Origin: a virus
Taxonomy: Duplodnaviria; Caudoviricetes
Reading direction: 5' to 3' (one strand)
IMG/VR virus record: IMGVR_UViG_3300020044_009476
Span: 1 to 35,131 of that record
Length of the DNA: 35,131 bases
Shown: positions 25,287 through 34,005 of the stretch, in pieces
Position numbering within the stretch: the stretch's first letter is position 1
Layout: each line of letters starts with the position of its first letter
Program-made: the position numbers and the translations under genes
The notes under the pieces: generated by a model
Told to the model about the DNA's origin: nothing
Seen by the model: only the letters and a program-made list of their open reading frames with translations
Databases searched by the model: none

Positions 25287-25819
25287 AGTATTTCCTCTAA
25301 TTCTGCACGCGGGAAGCACTTTAGCGCGGTTTGGCGCGAGCAGTTAATGATTTCAATTTTAGTTCGTCTGGCCAGTTGGTCGAATTGCCCGCACCAACTT
25401 TCGCATACACTTTGGGTCGGGTTCTGCGTCTTGGGGTGGTCTCCGTGCCAGTGCGCGCCTTTTCGAACGCTGCAATCATACCCTAAAAGAACAATTCTGT
25501 CAGCCCCTTCGGCTTCAGCGAGTTCTATCGCACACAGACCGCTATTCCAGTGTCGCCGAGGATTCTTTAACAGCCCTAGGCCGTACTTCATACTCGCGGA
25601 CATGCTACACGTCCAAAGTTGCGCGGGTATATCAATCTCGCTTTTGTAGGCGTCCCACCATGCTTGGTCGCCGCCAAAAATTACCGCTGCTGACCGTACC
25701 GCTTTCCATGAGCTATTGACCGCTACAATCGGGTGTCCGGACGCTTCTACCGCCGCACAGTCGTCGCGGGTCAGTGACGGTCCGCTGCCAACACAGAACA
25801 CGGTTTTGCCTTGGAACAC
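25223..25819 (-). CDS. Maf/DUF115-like (sialyltransferase-fold) transferase
   Basis: VGSGPSL, IVAVN, NSGLCAIELA, GADRIVLLGYDC, IINCS; GTG start overlaps the upstream TAG. Confidence 0.7.
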   Translation of the reverse strand: MFQGKTVFCVGSGPSLTRDDCAAVEASGHPIVAVNSSWKAVRSAAVIFGGDQAWWDAYKSEIDIPAQLWTCSMSASMKYGLGLLKNPRRHWNSGLCAIELAEAEGADRIVLLGYDCSVRKGAHWHGDHPKTQNPTQSVCESWCGQFDQLARRTKIEIINCSRQTALKCFPRAELEEILCLTPFPEENLPKTNSSCAAS

Positions 25820-26163
25820 TAGAAGCCCCCGAGATTTACGCCTTGCCCGTACGGCGCGGTAACGTACTCTTGGCCACTCTCCGGATCGGGGAGCCAACCT
25901 TTGATGTCGTAAATTTTTCCCTTGTAGATAACACGCTGGTTATCTTCAAGATACGGGCGGGCGCGGATTACGAAGCGCCCCCTTATCTCTGACTGCTGAG
26001 AAGACGCAGACATAAAGTCACGCACACTGAGTGGTTTTAGCGCCGCCGGGACATTAACATACAAGTCTTCCCAATCCTGAATGTCATTGCCGTGCGAGTC
26101 TTTTGTCATCACGGGGGACTGGATAGTGATTTGGTGGTAGCGTAGGTCGCCTGATTTAAGCAT
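25819..26163 (-). CDS. Head closure protein / head-tail adaptor
   Basis: KSGDLR..ITIQ, IYDIKG.LPD..SGQEYVT..GVNLG. Confidence 0.9.
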   Translation of the reverse strand: MLKSGDLRYHQITIQSPVMTKDSHGNDIQDWEDLYVNVPAALKPLSVRDFMSASSQQSEIRGRFVIRARPYLEDNQRVIYKGKIYDIKGWLPDPESGQEYVTAPYGQGVNLGGF

Positions 26164-26170
26164 AATCCCC

Positions 26171-26548
26171 TCACGCTATCGCAGGGTCGCGCAACGGATA
26201 AAGAATTGCGGTTACCGGGGCGGGCAGAAAACCCGGCGCCCAGTCCTTCGCTTCCACACCGTCACGATCACGGAAGAACATACCCACGAGTATCAGCACA
26301 GCGTGTTTCACCTCGTCACGGATAATGCGGGCGCCTTGGCTATCCAATTCGTAGATTACCCCGCCCTGGCTATCTAATAGCGGCACGCCATCGTCGTCAA
26401 CGAGAAGCACGTACAAGTTTCGGCGGCTTTTGAGATAGTTGAGCACCATTCCGCTGGCGGAACTTATTTTCAAAGTGATGTCCGTGTCATAGGTGTTAAA
26501 GTCTATGAGAAGGTTGTCTTTCGCTTGTTGAAGCGTTACGAGCATCAT
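26171..26548 (-). CDS. Head-tail connector (HK97 gp6-like)
   Basis: LVTLQQAK..L, AS..VLNYL, AVLILVG.FF..R, V.AIL.PLR. Confidence 0.9.
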   Translation of the reverse strand: MMLVTLQQAKDNLLIDFNTYDTDITLKISSASGMVLNYLKSRRNLYVLLVDDDGVPLLDSQGGVIYELDSQGARIIRDEVKHAVLILVGMFFRDRDGVEAKDWAPGFLPAPVTAILYPLRDPAIA

Positions 26549-27864
26549 AGCTTGCGCACCACTGTGTTATTGGCGTCACGCCCAGCCTTGACGGCCAGCT
26601 TCCAATCCTGATTGTTCTCACCTGGCTTGGCTTTAGTAGCGGCGACTTGGCAATGCCAGACGCTGCCCGCCCATGTGGCCATATCGCCACGAGTGTACGG
26701 CTTCTCGGACTTAACATCGAATACGCCACGGTACACCGCAGTTGGTGTTACCATCGTCTTCTTGGTCAATTTTCCACTCGCCAAGGACACGATAATATCT
26801 ACGGTGCGTTCGTCAATTTGTTCAACTTCTACAGATTTAACGCCATCTACCACACATTCCCAGCCACGCCCCCCTTCGGTGGTGGCATGGGCGCGCCACA
26901 ACCCGCCATTGTGCGTAGCGTAGGTGTCGCGCAGATACGACTTGGTGAAGTCGATGCCTGGCAAGATATTGATGTCGAGTGCATCACGGCCGTCTTTAGG
27001 AGTTGGGAGTTCAGCCACCAATTCTTTGGCAATTTCCAGCACTACCGGACGTAGATCCTCAAGAGTGACGCTATCGCCCTTCTCACCTTTTTCTGGTGCA
27101 GGGATAGACTTGGCCAACTCATCAATCAGCGGCTTAACGTCCTCGATAGTCACACTGGCGCCGTCACGGCCGTCTTTAGGAGTTGGGAGTTCAGCCACCA
27201 ATTCTTTGGCAATTTCCAGCACTACCGGACGTAGATCCTCAAGAGTGACGCTATCGCCCTTCTCACCTTTTTCTGGTGCCGGGATAGACTTGGCCAACTC
27301 ATCAATCAGCGGTTTAACGTCCTCGATAGTCACACTGGTGCCGTCACGGCCATCTTTAGGAGTTGGGAGTTCAGCCACCAATTCTTTGGCGACTTCGACC
27401 ACTACCGGACGTAGATCCTCAACGGTTACGCTGGTGCCGTCTTTACCATCTTTAGGCGCTGGAAGTGACTTAGCTACTTCCTCAACCATTGAACGTACTT
27501 GCTCAACGTCCACACTGGTGCCGTCACGGCCATCTTTAGGAGTTGGAAGTTCAGCCACCAATTCTTTGGCAATTTCCAGCACTACCGGACGTAGCTCCTC
27601 AACGGTTACGCTATCGCCCTTCTCACCTTTTTCTGGTGCAGGGATAGACTTGGCCAACTCATCAATCAGCGGCTTAACGTCCTCGATAGTCACACTGGTG
27701 CCGTCACGGCCATCTTTCGGAGTTGGCAAAGCCTTCAACTGCGCTTCAAGTTCCTCTACACGATCCGCCAGACGCTTCGTGTCCGCAAGGACAGGCTTGA
27801 GCAGTACTGCGATGGTGCCGCCCAACTGCTTTGCGATCATTTCTAATTCACTTGGAGAGAGCAA
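26545..27864 (-). CDS. Repeat-rich virion protein following the portal gene (possible head or neck fibre)
   Basis: AGGAGGT RBS before TTG at 27864; PKDGRDG and EKGEKG repeats; C-terminal YRGVF..GD..TWAGSVW..WKLAVKAGRD. Confidence 0.8.
   Translation of the reverse strand: MLSPSELEMIAKQLGGTIAVLLKPVLADTKRLADRVEELEAQLKALPTPKDGRDGTSVTIEDVKPLIDELAKSIPAPEKGEKGDSVTVEELRPVVLEIAKELVAELPTPKDGRDGTSVDVEQVRSMVEEVAKSLPAPKDGKDGTSVTVEDLRPVVVEVAKELVAELPTPKDGRDGTSVTIEDVKPLIDELAKSIPAPEKGEKGDSVTLEDLRPVVLEIAKELVAELPTPKDGRDGASVTIEDVKPLIDELAKSIPAPEKGEKGDSVTLEDLRPVVLEIAKELVAELPTPKDGRDALDINILPGIDFTKSYLRDTYATHNGGLWRAHATTEGGRGWECVVDGVKSVEVEQIDERTVDIIVSLASGKLTKKTMVTPTAVYRGVFDVKSEKPYTRGDMATWAGSVWHCQVAATKAKPGENNQDWKLAVKAGRDANNTVVRKL
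26983..27727 (-). repeat. 180-bp tandem repeat, 4 copies (60 aa = 28+32 aa sub-units)
   Basis: Near-identical blocks starting at 27001, 27181 and 27541, plus a variant block at 27361. Confidence 0.95.
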
Positions 27865-29206
27865 GTCCCACCTCCTTCTCAATCATCATGGCAAGGACGC
27901 GACCTTGGGCTGCTTTTTCTTCTTCGTTATCTTCCGGCGCGGCGGGCGTTGTACCTTTGGCAAATGGGTCTTCTCGCGCATCCCGTTTGCTCAGTGCCGA
28001 AAGGCTGTAATTCTGCTGTTGCGAGTATATCGTATCTCCCCCTTCAACAGGGGGCAAGTTCACTCTTGATCGAGCGTAGTTTGGAGTATATATCATGCCT
28101 TTCACGCCTTCCGATAAGGTGCGGATAAGCGTGGCGCTATCCATACGTAAAAGGGCGTCAAGGTCCAAGTGGACACGGTGGTCTTCGGGCAAATCAAGAC
28201 CCTCTCCAATGCAGAGTTCGAACTGTTCGATCAGTATCTGCAAGCACTGGCCGTAATACTCAATAGTCAACACTTCGGCGTTGTTATTTGGCGGTATGGG
28301 GCCAACTCCAACCTTGTACGCGGGGACATGAAACGCTGAACATACCACCTCTGCAGTCCATCGCAACTGCTCAATTAGTTGGGCGTCAGCGGAAGTCATG
28401 CGCAACGAGGTGTACTTCAGGTCATCGCCAAGGACCGCTACTTTACCGGAGTTCATGCCCGTGTAATTTTGGTCCCAGTGCGTTTTAAGACGTGCAGCGG
28501 TTTCGTCTGAGATGGCGCCGGGGGCAGTTAGAATGCCGCCTGGGCGCGCCCCGTTACCGAAAAACTTAGCAGAGTCGTTCTGTATTTTAAGGCCCTGGTG
28601 CGCGGCGAGACCAGAGGCATACAAAGGGCTCACACCGACCAACGGATGGAACATGCAGTTCATCCTGTCGTGGATAATCTCGGAGGCAGGCACTGTTATA
28701 CTGGCCGCTTGTAGGCCACTTAGATTGTCCGTACTAAGTTGGTAGTACACTGACCCATCAGGGGCTACGAGTATCGTTACCAGATCAGGATCTAAAATAA
28801 ACAGTCTTTCGACTTCGTTATTTCTCCCACGGTATTTTAAAGCGTAGGCGTTCCCGTGGAGCAGGATGGACGTAAACCACCACTGCTTAAACTGAATGTG
28901 ATTTTGGTATGTGTTAAACTTTTTCAGTACCCTGCGTGCGCTGCTGACCTTCACGGGGTTGCCGCTAGCAGGAGTTGGCACCCACGTGCCATCTTGGTCC
29001 TTGCGTTGCACCTCGACCGGCATTTTGGCGATATCCGAAGCGATCAGCGTTACGCAGGCATAAACAGCGTGGTTAGCCGTTACGTCGTCAAACTTCCACT
29101 CTTCGTTTCGCTGCCATGCGCCCGCAGATGACTCCCGTATCCACGGAAACCAGCCACGGTTATCAACCTGCGATAACATCTGTTTTACGCGCGCAAAAAT
29201 CCCCAT
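27848..29206 (-). CDS. Portal protein, HK97 family
   Basis: VYACVTLIASDIAKMP, LLHGNAY, GVSPL, FFGNGARPGGIL, AFHVP, PPVEGGD. Confidence 0.95.
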   Translation of the reverse strand: MGIFARVKQMLSQVDNRGWFPWIRESSAGAWQRNEEWKFDDVTANHAVYACVTLIASDIAKMPVEVQRKDQDGTWVPTPASGNPVKVSSARRVLKKFNTYQNHIQFKQWWFTSILLHGNAYALKYRGRNNEVERLFILDPDLVTILVAPDGSVYYQLSTDNLSGLQAASITVPASEIIHDRMNCMFHPLVGVSPLYASGLAAHQGLKIQNDSAKFFGNGARPGGILTAPGAISDETAARLKTHWDQNYTGMNSGKVAVLGDDLKYTSLRMTSADAQLIEQLRWTAEVVCSAFHVPAYKVGVGPIPPNNNAEVLTIEYYGQCLQILIEQFELCIGEGLDLPEDHRVHLDLDALLRMDSATLIRTLSEGVKGMIYTPNYARSRVNLPPVEGGDTIYSQQQNYSLSALSKRDAREDPFAKGTTPAAPEDNEEEKAAQGRVLAMMIEKEVGLALSK

Positions 29207-29490
29207 TACTCTTGGTCTTCTTTTGACGACTTACGAGAGAAAGTACGTTTTGGCACTGGTGGAAGTGTGGCCACAGGTGCAGGAGCAACGTCAGGTGCAG
29301 GAGCAACGTCAGGTGCAGGAGCAACGTCAGGTGCCACGGACTTGATGACCGGTTGCGAAGTCATGGCTTTGTTGGCGTATCTCGCCTTGCCGATAGCCAC
29401 CAGTGCACGGGCGATGTGCTTGGGTTCTCTAAAAGTAGCACCTGGTGCGTTCGGGCCGCATTTTTTAACCGCGATAAGTTCGACGCTCAT
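29206..29490 (-). CDS. Small head-associated protein with an (APDVAP)n linker
   Basis: ARALVAIGKA motif; basic tail; located between the capsid and portal genes. Confidence 0.75.
   Translation of the reverse strand: MSVELIAVKKCGPNAPGATFREPKHIARALVAIGKARYANKAMTSQPVIKSVAPDVAPAPDVAPAPDVAPAPVATLPPVPKRTFSRKSSKEDQE
29274..29334. repeat. 18-bp perfect tandem repeat, about 3.4 copies
   Basis: caggtgcaggagcaacgt x3 followed by caggtgc. Confidence 0.97.
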
Positions 29491-29500
29491 AATGGTACCT

Positions 29501-29791
29501 TTACTGGATAATGGTTAGCGCATAGTCACCGGGATCAAGGCCGTCAATTTTGATGCCTTTGAAAGCAAACCCGACGCGACCAACAATGGCGTGCTTAATG
29601 CCAGTTTCGCCATCCGGTGGGGGGACAACGGACTCAACGTCCATCGCAGACACCATCGTTATCGTGGCGTCCTCAATATTAAAGCCTTCTGCGACAATTT
29701 GCACCCCATTACGGTTAGCTTCCTGCAAAACACAGGTAACTTCGGTGTTGCCGTCAAAATTACAACGCTTTCCTACTCTCGCTACGGTCAT
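29501..29791 (-). CDS. Hypothetical protein (possible head decoration)
   Basis: GAGGA RBS; all-beta-like composition. Confidence 0.65.
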   Translation of the reverse strand: MTVARVGKRCNFDGNTEVTCVLQEANRNGVQIVAEGFNIEDATITMVSAMDVESVVPPPDGETGIKHAIVGRVGFAFKGIKIDGLDPGDYALTIIQ

Positions 29792-29810
29792 TTGGCAATC
29801 CTCGAATGTG

Positions 29811-29839
29811 GAAAAGCGCCCCGGTTAGGGGGCGCCTTC
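29811..29839 (-). terminator. Terminator after the major capsid gene
   Basis: Minus strand aggcgcccc-ctaacc-ggggcgct followed by TTT. Confidence 0.65.
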
Positions 29840-29853
29840 AAAGTGGCGGAAGA

Positions 29854-31836
29854 TTATGCTGACTCTTCGCCCCAGTTCACGCCGGAGATCACCGCAACTG
29901 CAGCCAAACGACGACGCTGCCAGTTGATCCAACGTTCAGCACGAATAGCCACACTGTTGGTTTGGAACATGGATACCATGCTGGTGGCAGTGCCGGTTGA
30001 GCTGTTGTTAGTTGGGTTGTCCAGCATTTGGAGTGACGCTTCACGGGACACGTCAACCACGACATTGCCATCATCCGCCAGCCAGATATCCGAAGCGTTA
30101 GCCAAGATAACGTAGCTGCCATTTGAATCGCTTGGCACGTACTCAGACACGATAACTGGCAAACCGTGGAAACGGCCACCGGTCATTTCGATATCCGGGA
30201 ACTCACGCTGGCCCAATGCGTTATACATCAGCGACAAGGCCAGCGCGGTAGTGGCCGACATGATCCACACGCCGGTAGTCGGGGTGATGTTGGCAGTAAT
30301 GAACTGCGACATTACAGAGCGGATGTCCGCGCGCACTGAAGTGGCATCGTTACCTGAAGAAACTACGGGGGTAACGCCGTTAGTGATTGACGCAGGGGAC
30401 ACGTTTGATACCGCAGCCTTGGAAGGGTCAATGAAGTCGGTGTCCAAACGCTCGATCAAAGCGGACGCCAACGAGTCACGAACCAACAACTCCGCACTTG
30501 GGTTGGAGAAACGCACTAACTCCTCGGTCAGAACAGCGATGTTCGCTACTTTTGAATAGCCGAGGTAAACGTCGTTGAAGTCCATTTTGGTCAAAGGCTT
30601 TGGAGCACCTTGGCCTACCCAGTACCCCGCACCGCCTGAAGTCTGGCCACGGATATGGATGTTGAACGGTACGTTGCGCAACGCAGGAATTCCACCTTGG
30701 CCAAATTGGCCGAGAATGGTGCGAGGACGCAGGTAGTCCACGAAATCACCGGCAAACTGGTTGTACTCAACCAAAGGAAGCGCCCAAGCCGCATCGGTAG
30801 TGGTGCCAGCGGCAACAGCGGCCTTCAAAGTGTTGTGGATACGCTCAGAAGTGGGGAAACGGCTCTCTGCGATAGACTTCGCAGTGTGCAGGTCGCCTTT
30901 TGCAGCCCCCAAACACATTACATACTGGGCAAATTCTTGACCCGGTGCGAGTTTGTTGGCGGCTTTGGCAACGGCAGGCAACGCGCCGCTACGGTTAGCT
31001 GCAACAGCTTTGGCGTTGGGGCTATTGTCCACAGGAACAGCTTTCGCAACGTTCATGGTGAGCATTTTTTCCAAGCGTCCGATGTGGGTCTTGGTAGCTT
31101 CGATTTCTTGCTCCAATGTGTCGTACTCTTCAGCTTCAGCAGCATCCAGGGTGCGGCCATCGGTGGCAGATTTGGTCATGATCGCTTGCAGTGCTTGCGA
31201 TTTTTGTTCAAGGGTAGCTTTGTAGCCATCCAATTGTTCTTGAATGTTCATATTACGGCCCTCCGGGGGCTTAGTGGTTAGGGTTTTTGATACCGAAGCG
31301 CCGGTAGACTTACTCATGGTTACTACCCTTGCAGCTTTATTGCCTAACGCGGCTTGCTGCTCGGAAAGTGATTTGATTGCGGTGATATTCGCGTCAGCGT
31401 TACATGGGATAGTAACTGTTGACAATTCGTTCCAGCCCCATTTTCTGTAGTGAACACCGCCGTTGTCCATGTACGAATACTCCATAGGGTTAAACCCAAT
31501 GGAAAGCCCTCGAACAAGGCCGGTGATTATGCTTTGCCAAGCTTCTTCAAGCCGCGCGGCGAGTTGACTGGGTGACGCTACTGAAACGAGTTCAGCAACG
31601 ATTTCGATGCCTTTTTTGGTTATTTTAGCTTCGGTCACAAAGCCAATTGGGGAGTTGTGCTGGTGCTGCCACAGTAAAGGGATAGGCAACTTAAACACCG
31701 CGCCTTCGGGGTCAACAATATCGCCTACACGATCTGTCCCAGGGGTACTTGCCACCCCGCGTATAATGCGTTTTTCGTTGTCTACGGCCTTTATCTCAAA
31801 CTGGCTATACGCCTTGTCTGTTTGCTTTGGGTCCAC
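29854..31836 (-). CDS. Prohead protease-major capsid protein fusion (HK97 fold)
   Basis: Protease motifs GVAST..DRVGD, PLLWQH, GLSIGF, ELSTVTIPCN; coiled-coil delta domain; capsid WVGQG..KP, FQTNSVAIRAERWINW. Confidence 0.95.
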   Translation of the reverse strand: MDPKQTDKAYSQFEIKAVDNEKRIIRGVASTPGTDRVGDIVDPEGAVFKLPIPLLWQHQHNSPIGFVTEAKITKKGIEIVAELVSVASPSQLAARLEEAWQSIITGLVRGLSIGFNPMEYSYMDNGGVHYRKWGWNELSTVTIPCNADANITAIKSLSEQQAALGNKAARVVTMSKSTGASVSKTLTTKPPEGRNMNIQEQLDGYKATLEQKSQALQAIMTKSATDGRTLDAAEAEEYDTLEQEIEATKTHIGRLEKMLTMNVAKAVPVDNSPNAKAVAANRSGALPAVAKAANKLAPGQEFAQYVMCLGAAKGDLHTAKSIAESRFPTSERIHNTLKAAVAAGTTTDAAWALPLVEYNQFAGDFVDYLRPRTILGQFGQGGIPALRNVPFNIHIRGQTSGGAGYWVGQGAPKPLTKMDFNDVYLGYSKVANIAVLTEELVRFSNPSAELLVRDSLASALIERLDTDFIDPSKAAVSNVSPASITNGVTPVVSSGNDATSVRADIRSVMSQFITANITPTTGVWIMSATTALALSLMYNALGQREFPDIEMTGGRFHGLPVIVSEYVPSDSNGSYVILANASDIWLADDGNVVVDVSREASLQMLDNPTNNSSTGTATSMVSMFQTNSVAIRAERWINWQRRRLAAVAVISGVNWGEESA

Positions 31837-31893
31837 GGCTCGTCTCCCGACGTTAACCTAAAAATAATTTATATATTAGCACGTTAGTGCGGG

Positions 31894-34005
31894 CTAACCA
31901 AGTATCAGCATCTGGAACTTTTTAGTTTGCGCTGGCGGGTTTAACGACAGCAACGTGATTGCGTTGAACAGCGCCATCAACGGGTCAATCTTGGCGGAAC
32001 CACTCGCCTGCTTCGTGATTAAAATCGAATTAGCACGCGGCTCGACCCTGGCGTTACCCACACACCAGTTCATAAGCTGCTGTTCAGCGTGTGTGAGTAA
32101 CCCTTCAGCGAGCTTTCGTTCGGTGGTTTTTATCGCGCCACCCAATTTCCAGCCCTGCGACACACCAATAATTTTTTCCTCGGGCACTTCCGCTTCCAAC
32201 AGTGCGTCCAGTACAGAACCGATGCCCGCAGGGTCGAGACCTACTTGGAAAAGCAAGTCGGCGTGCTGAATTTGCGCAACGTAAGACGCGATGTCTTCTA
32301 CGTCCTGCCCCATGCGTTCAACTATCGTAAGGTCGCCTTGATCTCGAAAATCAAGCAGTGCTGGCGACTCCGCTTTGCGACGTTCGAGGACGCTGGTGTG
32401 CGCCCAGGCGTGTGACCACGACACCCAGCCTTTACCGTCCTTCAACCTGCCCGCAACGGCGAAACCCAGCAAGTCGTCCAAGCCCCCGCCGTCGATTCCG
32501 ACGCAAATAACCTCACAAATCTCAAGCAACCGGTTGAATGTGATGCTTTTATCGTTCGATGAGAGCCAAAAGTCAGCGCCTGCCCACCGGTCGGAGCGTA
32601 GCGCAAGGCCAATCTCGACGTTGAGGTGCTTGGCGAGGAAGGTCAGTAACTTCTCTTGTCCCTCCTGCTTGGCTTGCGCCAGGCCACGCTCCATAAACAT
32701 CTCATCTACTGACGCACCGTAGTTCGGGTTGGTCATGTAGAAATTTTCAGGCAGCAGGTGCCCTTTCGCTTCGAGGACCGCTGCGGGGTGCTCGTACAGC
32801 ACTGGGAGGAACGCAGGGTCATTGATCACGCCGTCACGTACGTTGCGCGCGTACTGCAATTTTGCACGGAATACGCCTGCGGGAGGCTTATCGGACTGCG
32901 TGGTCAAGTAAATTATGAAGCCTTCCGGACGTGACGCGAGGCCCCCGGTAGCTTCCATTAGCATATTGTCGGCGTGGGCGTTCTTGCCAAATAACCACAG
33001 TTCATCCACAAGAATGCCGATGGCTTTCTTACCACTCACCGTGGCGCTATCCGCCGCTACGACTTTGAGGGTGGCCCCGGTTATACGGTGGGTCACGGTG
33101 CGGTAGTGGTCCTGTACCTGAAATATTTCCTGCAACTCTTCATCACGGCGGATCATGTCACGGATGGGGTTGTAGGCGTTTTGCGCTACCTCTACGGTGG
33201 GGGCGAGGATTAGGAACTCGCCAGACTCGCGCCAATTGAGCACGAGTGCGGTGAGCATGATGCCTCCGGCGATTGAGCTATTGTGCGTGGGGAGCATTGT
33301 CTCGCCAAATAGGAACTGGTGGTCTGGCGAATCAACTGAAATGCACTTTACTGGTACCGGGGGTACCCTCTTCCAGCCCATGAACCCCACGTGCGCGCCC
33401 ACCCTCTCCAAGTCATGGATTGGCGACATGCGCATGCGGTGTGATTGACGGAACGTACGGATAACGTGTCGGGTTGTTTTAACTGACTCTTCGCTTTCCC
33501 ACCGGGCTTGGGTAACCCACTTGTGCCCTGCGTCCGCTACGACTTTTTGCCCGTTACTGAACGTGAGCTCATAGCAGTCGTGGTCCGTAAATACTTCGGA
33601 AGTGTTGATCACATTGCACGGCTTGCCATCAAAACCGAAAACTTGGTCACCGACTTCCAGTTCACCCATGGTTTTCCAACCTGTTGGGGTCGGGATTGGG
33701 GTAGAGAGCGCCAGTGCCTTACCGTTCTTCTTGCTGATCAACAAAAAGAATTCTTTTATGAGTCGTCGCCCGGTGTCCGGGTCGTACGCGCCAAATATCG
33801 CAGACGCGAAGTCGAAGACCCAATCCCTGCAGCACTCGCCAATCGTGGGGCTGCCGGGCACGTCAACAAGGCGCAACGCCTTCATAACGTCGAGCGCCTG
33901 CTGGGCCTGCTCAGGGAACAATGGGCCAAACGGTATAAGGGTTTGTTTATCGACGATGCGTGATTCCCAGTCGGGGCACGCGGTTGTCCACACTGGTAAG
34001 GTCAT
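31894..34005 (-). CDS. terL: Terminase large subunit with an intein
   Basis: Walker A SKKNGK^S interrupted by the intein; Walker B ILVDELW; nuclease motifs GIDGGGLDD and KIDPLMA. Confidence 0.95.
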   Translation of the reverse strand: MTLPVWTTACPDWESRIVDKQTLIPFGPLFPEQAQQALDVMKALRLVDVPGSPTIGECCRDWVFDFASAIFGAYDPDTGRRLIKEFFLLISKKNGKALALSTPIPTPTGWKTMGELEVGDQVFGFDGKPCNVINTSEVFTDHDCYELTFSNGQKVVADAGHKWVTQARWESEESVKTTRHVIRTFRQSHRMRMSPIHDLERVGAHVGFMGWKRVPPVPVKCISVDSPDHQFLFGETMLPTHNSSIAGGIMLTALVLNWRESGEFLILAPTVEVAQNAYNPIRDMIRRDEELQEIFQVQDHYRTVTHRITGATLKVVAADSATVSGKKAIGILVDELWLFGKNAHADNMLMEATGGLASRPEGFIIYLTTQSDKPPAGVFRAKLQYARNVRDGVINDPAFLPVLYEHPAAVLEAKGHLLPENFYMTNPNYGASVDEMFMERGLAQAKQEGQEKLLTFLAKHLNVEIGLALRSDRWAGADFWLSSNDKSITFNRLLEICEVICVGIDGGGLDDLLGFAVAGRLKDGKGWVSWSHAWAHTSVLERRKAESPALLDFRDQGDLTIVERMGQDVEDIASYVAQIQHADLLFQVGLDPAGIGSVLDALLEAEVPEEKIIGVSQGWKLGGAIKTTERKLAEGLLTHAEQQLMNWCVGNARVEPRANSILITKQASGSAKIDPLMALFNAITLLSLNPPAQTKKFQMLILG
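33280..33717 (-). mobile_element. 146-aa mini-intein (Ala-start, class 3-like) in the TerL P-loop
   Basis: Starts ALALSTPIPTPTGW; block B ADAGHKW; block F VKCISVD; ends PTHN followed by Ser; no homing endonuclease. Confidence 0.92.

Noticed and set aside
25820-25897. N-terminal extension of the Maf-like ORF given in the ORF track
   Set aside because: It overlaps the head-closure gene; the GTG at 25819 coupled to the TAG is the more plausible start.
26924-28069. 381-aa + strand ORF (likewise 18926-19717, 23948-24673, 30655-31281 and, on the minus strand, 6542-7231)
   Set aside because: These are antisense shadows of well-supported genes, with no recognisable motifs.
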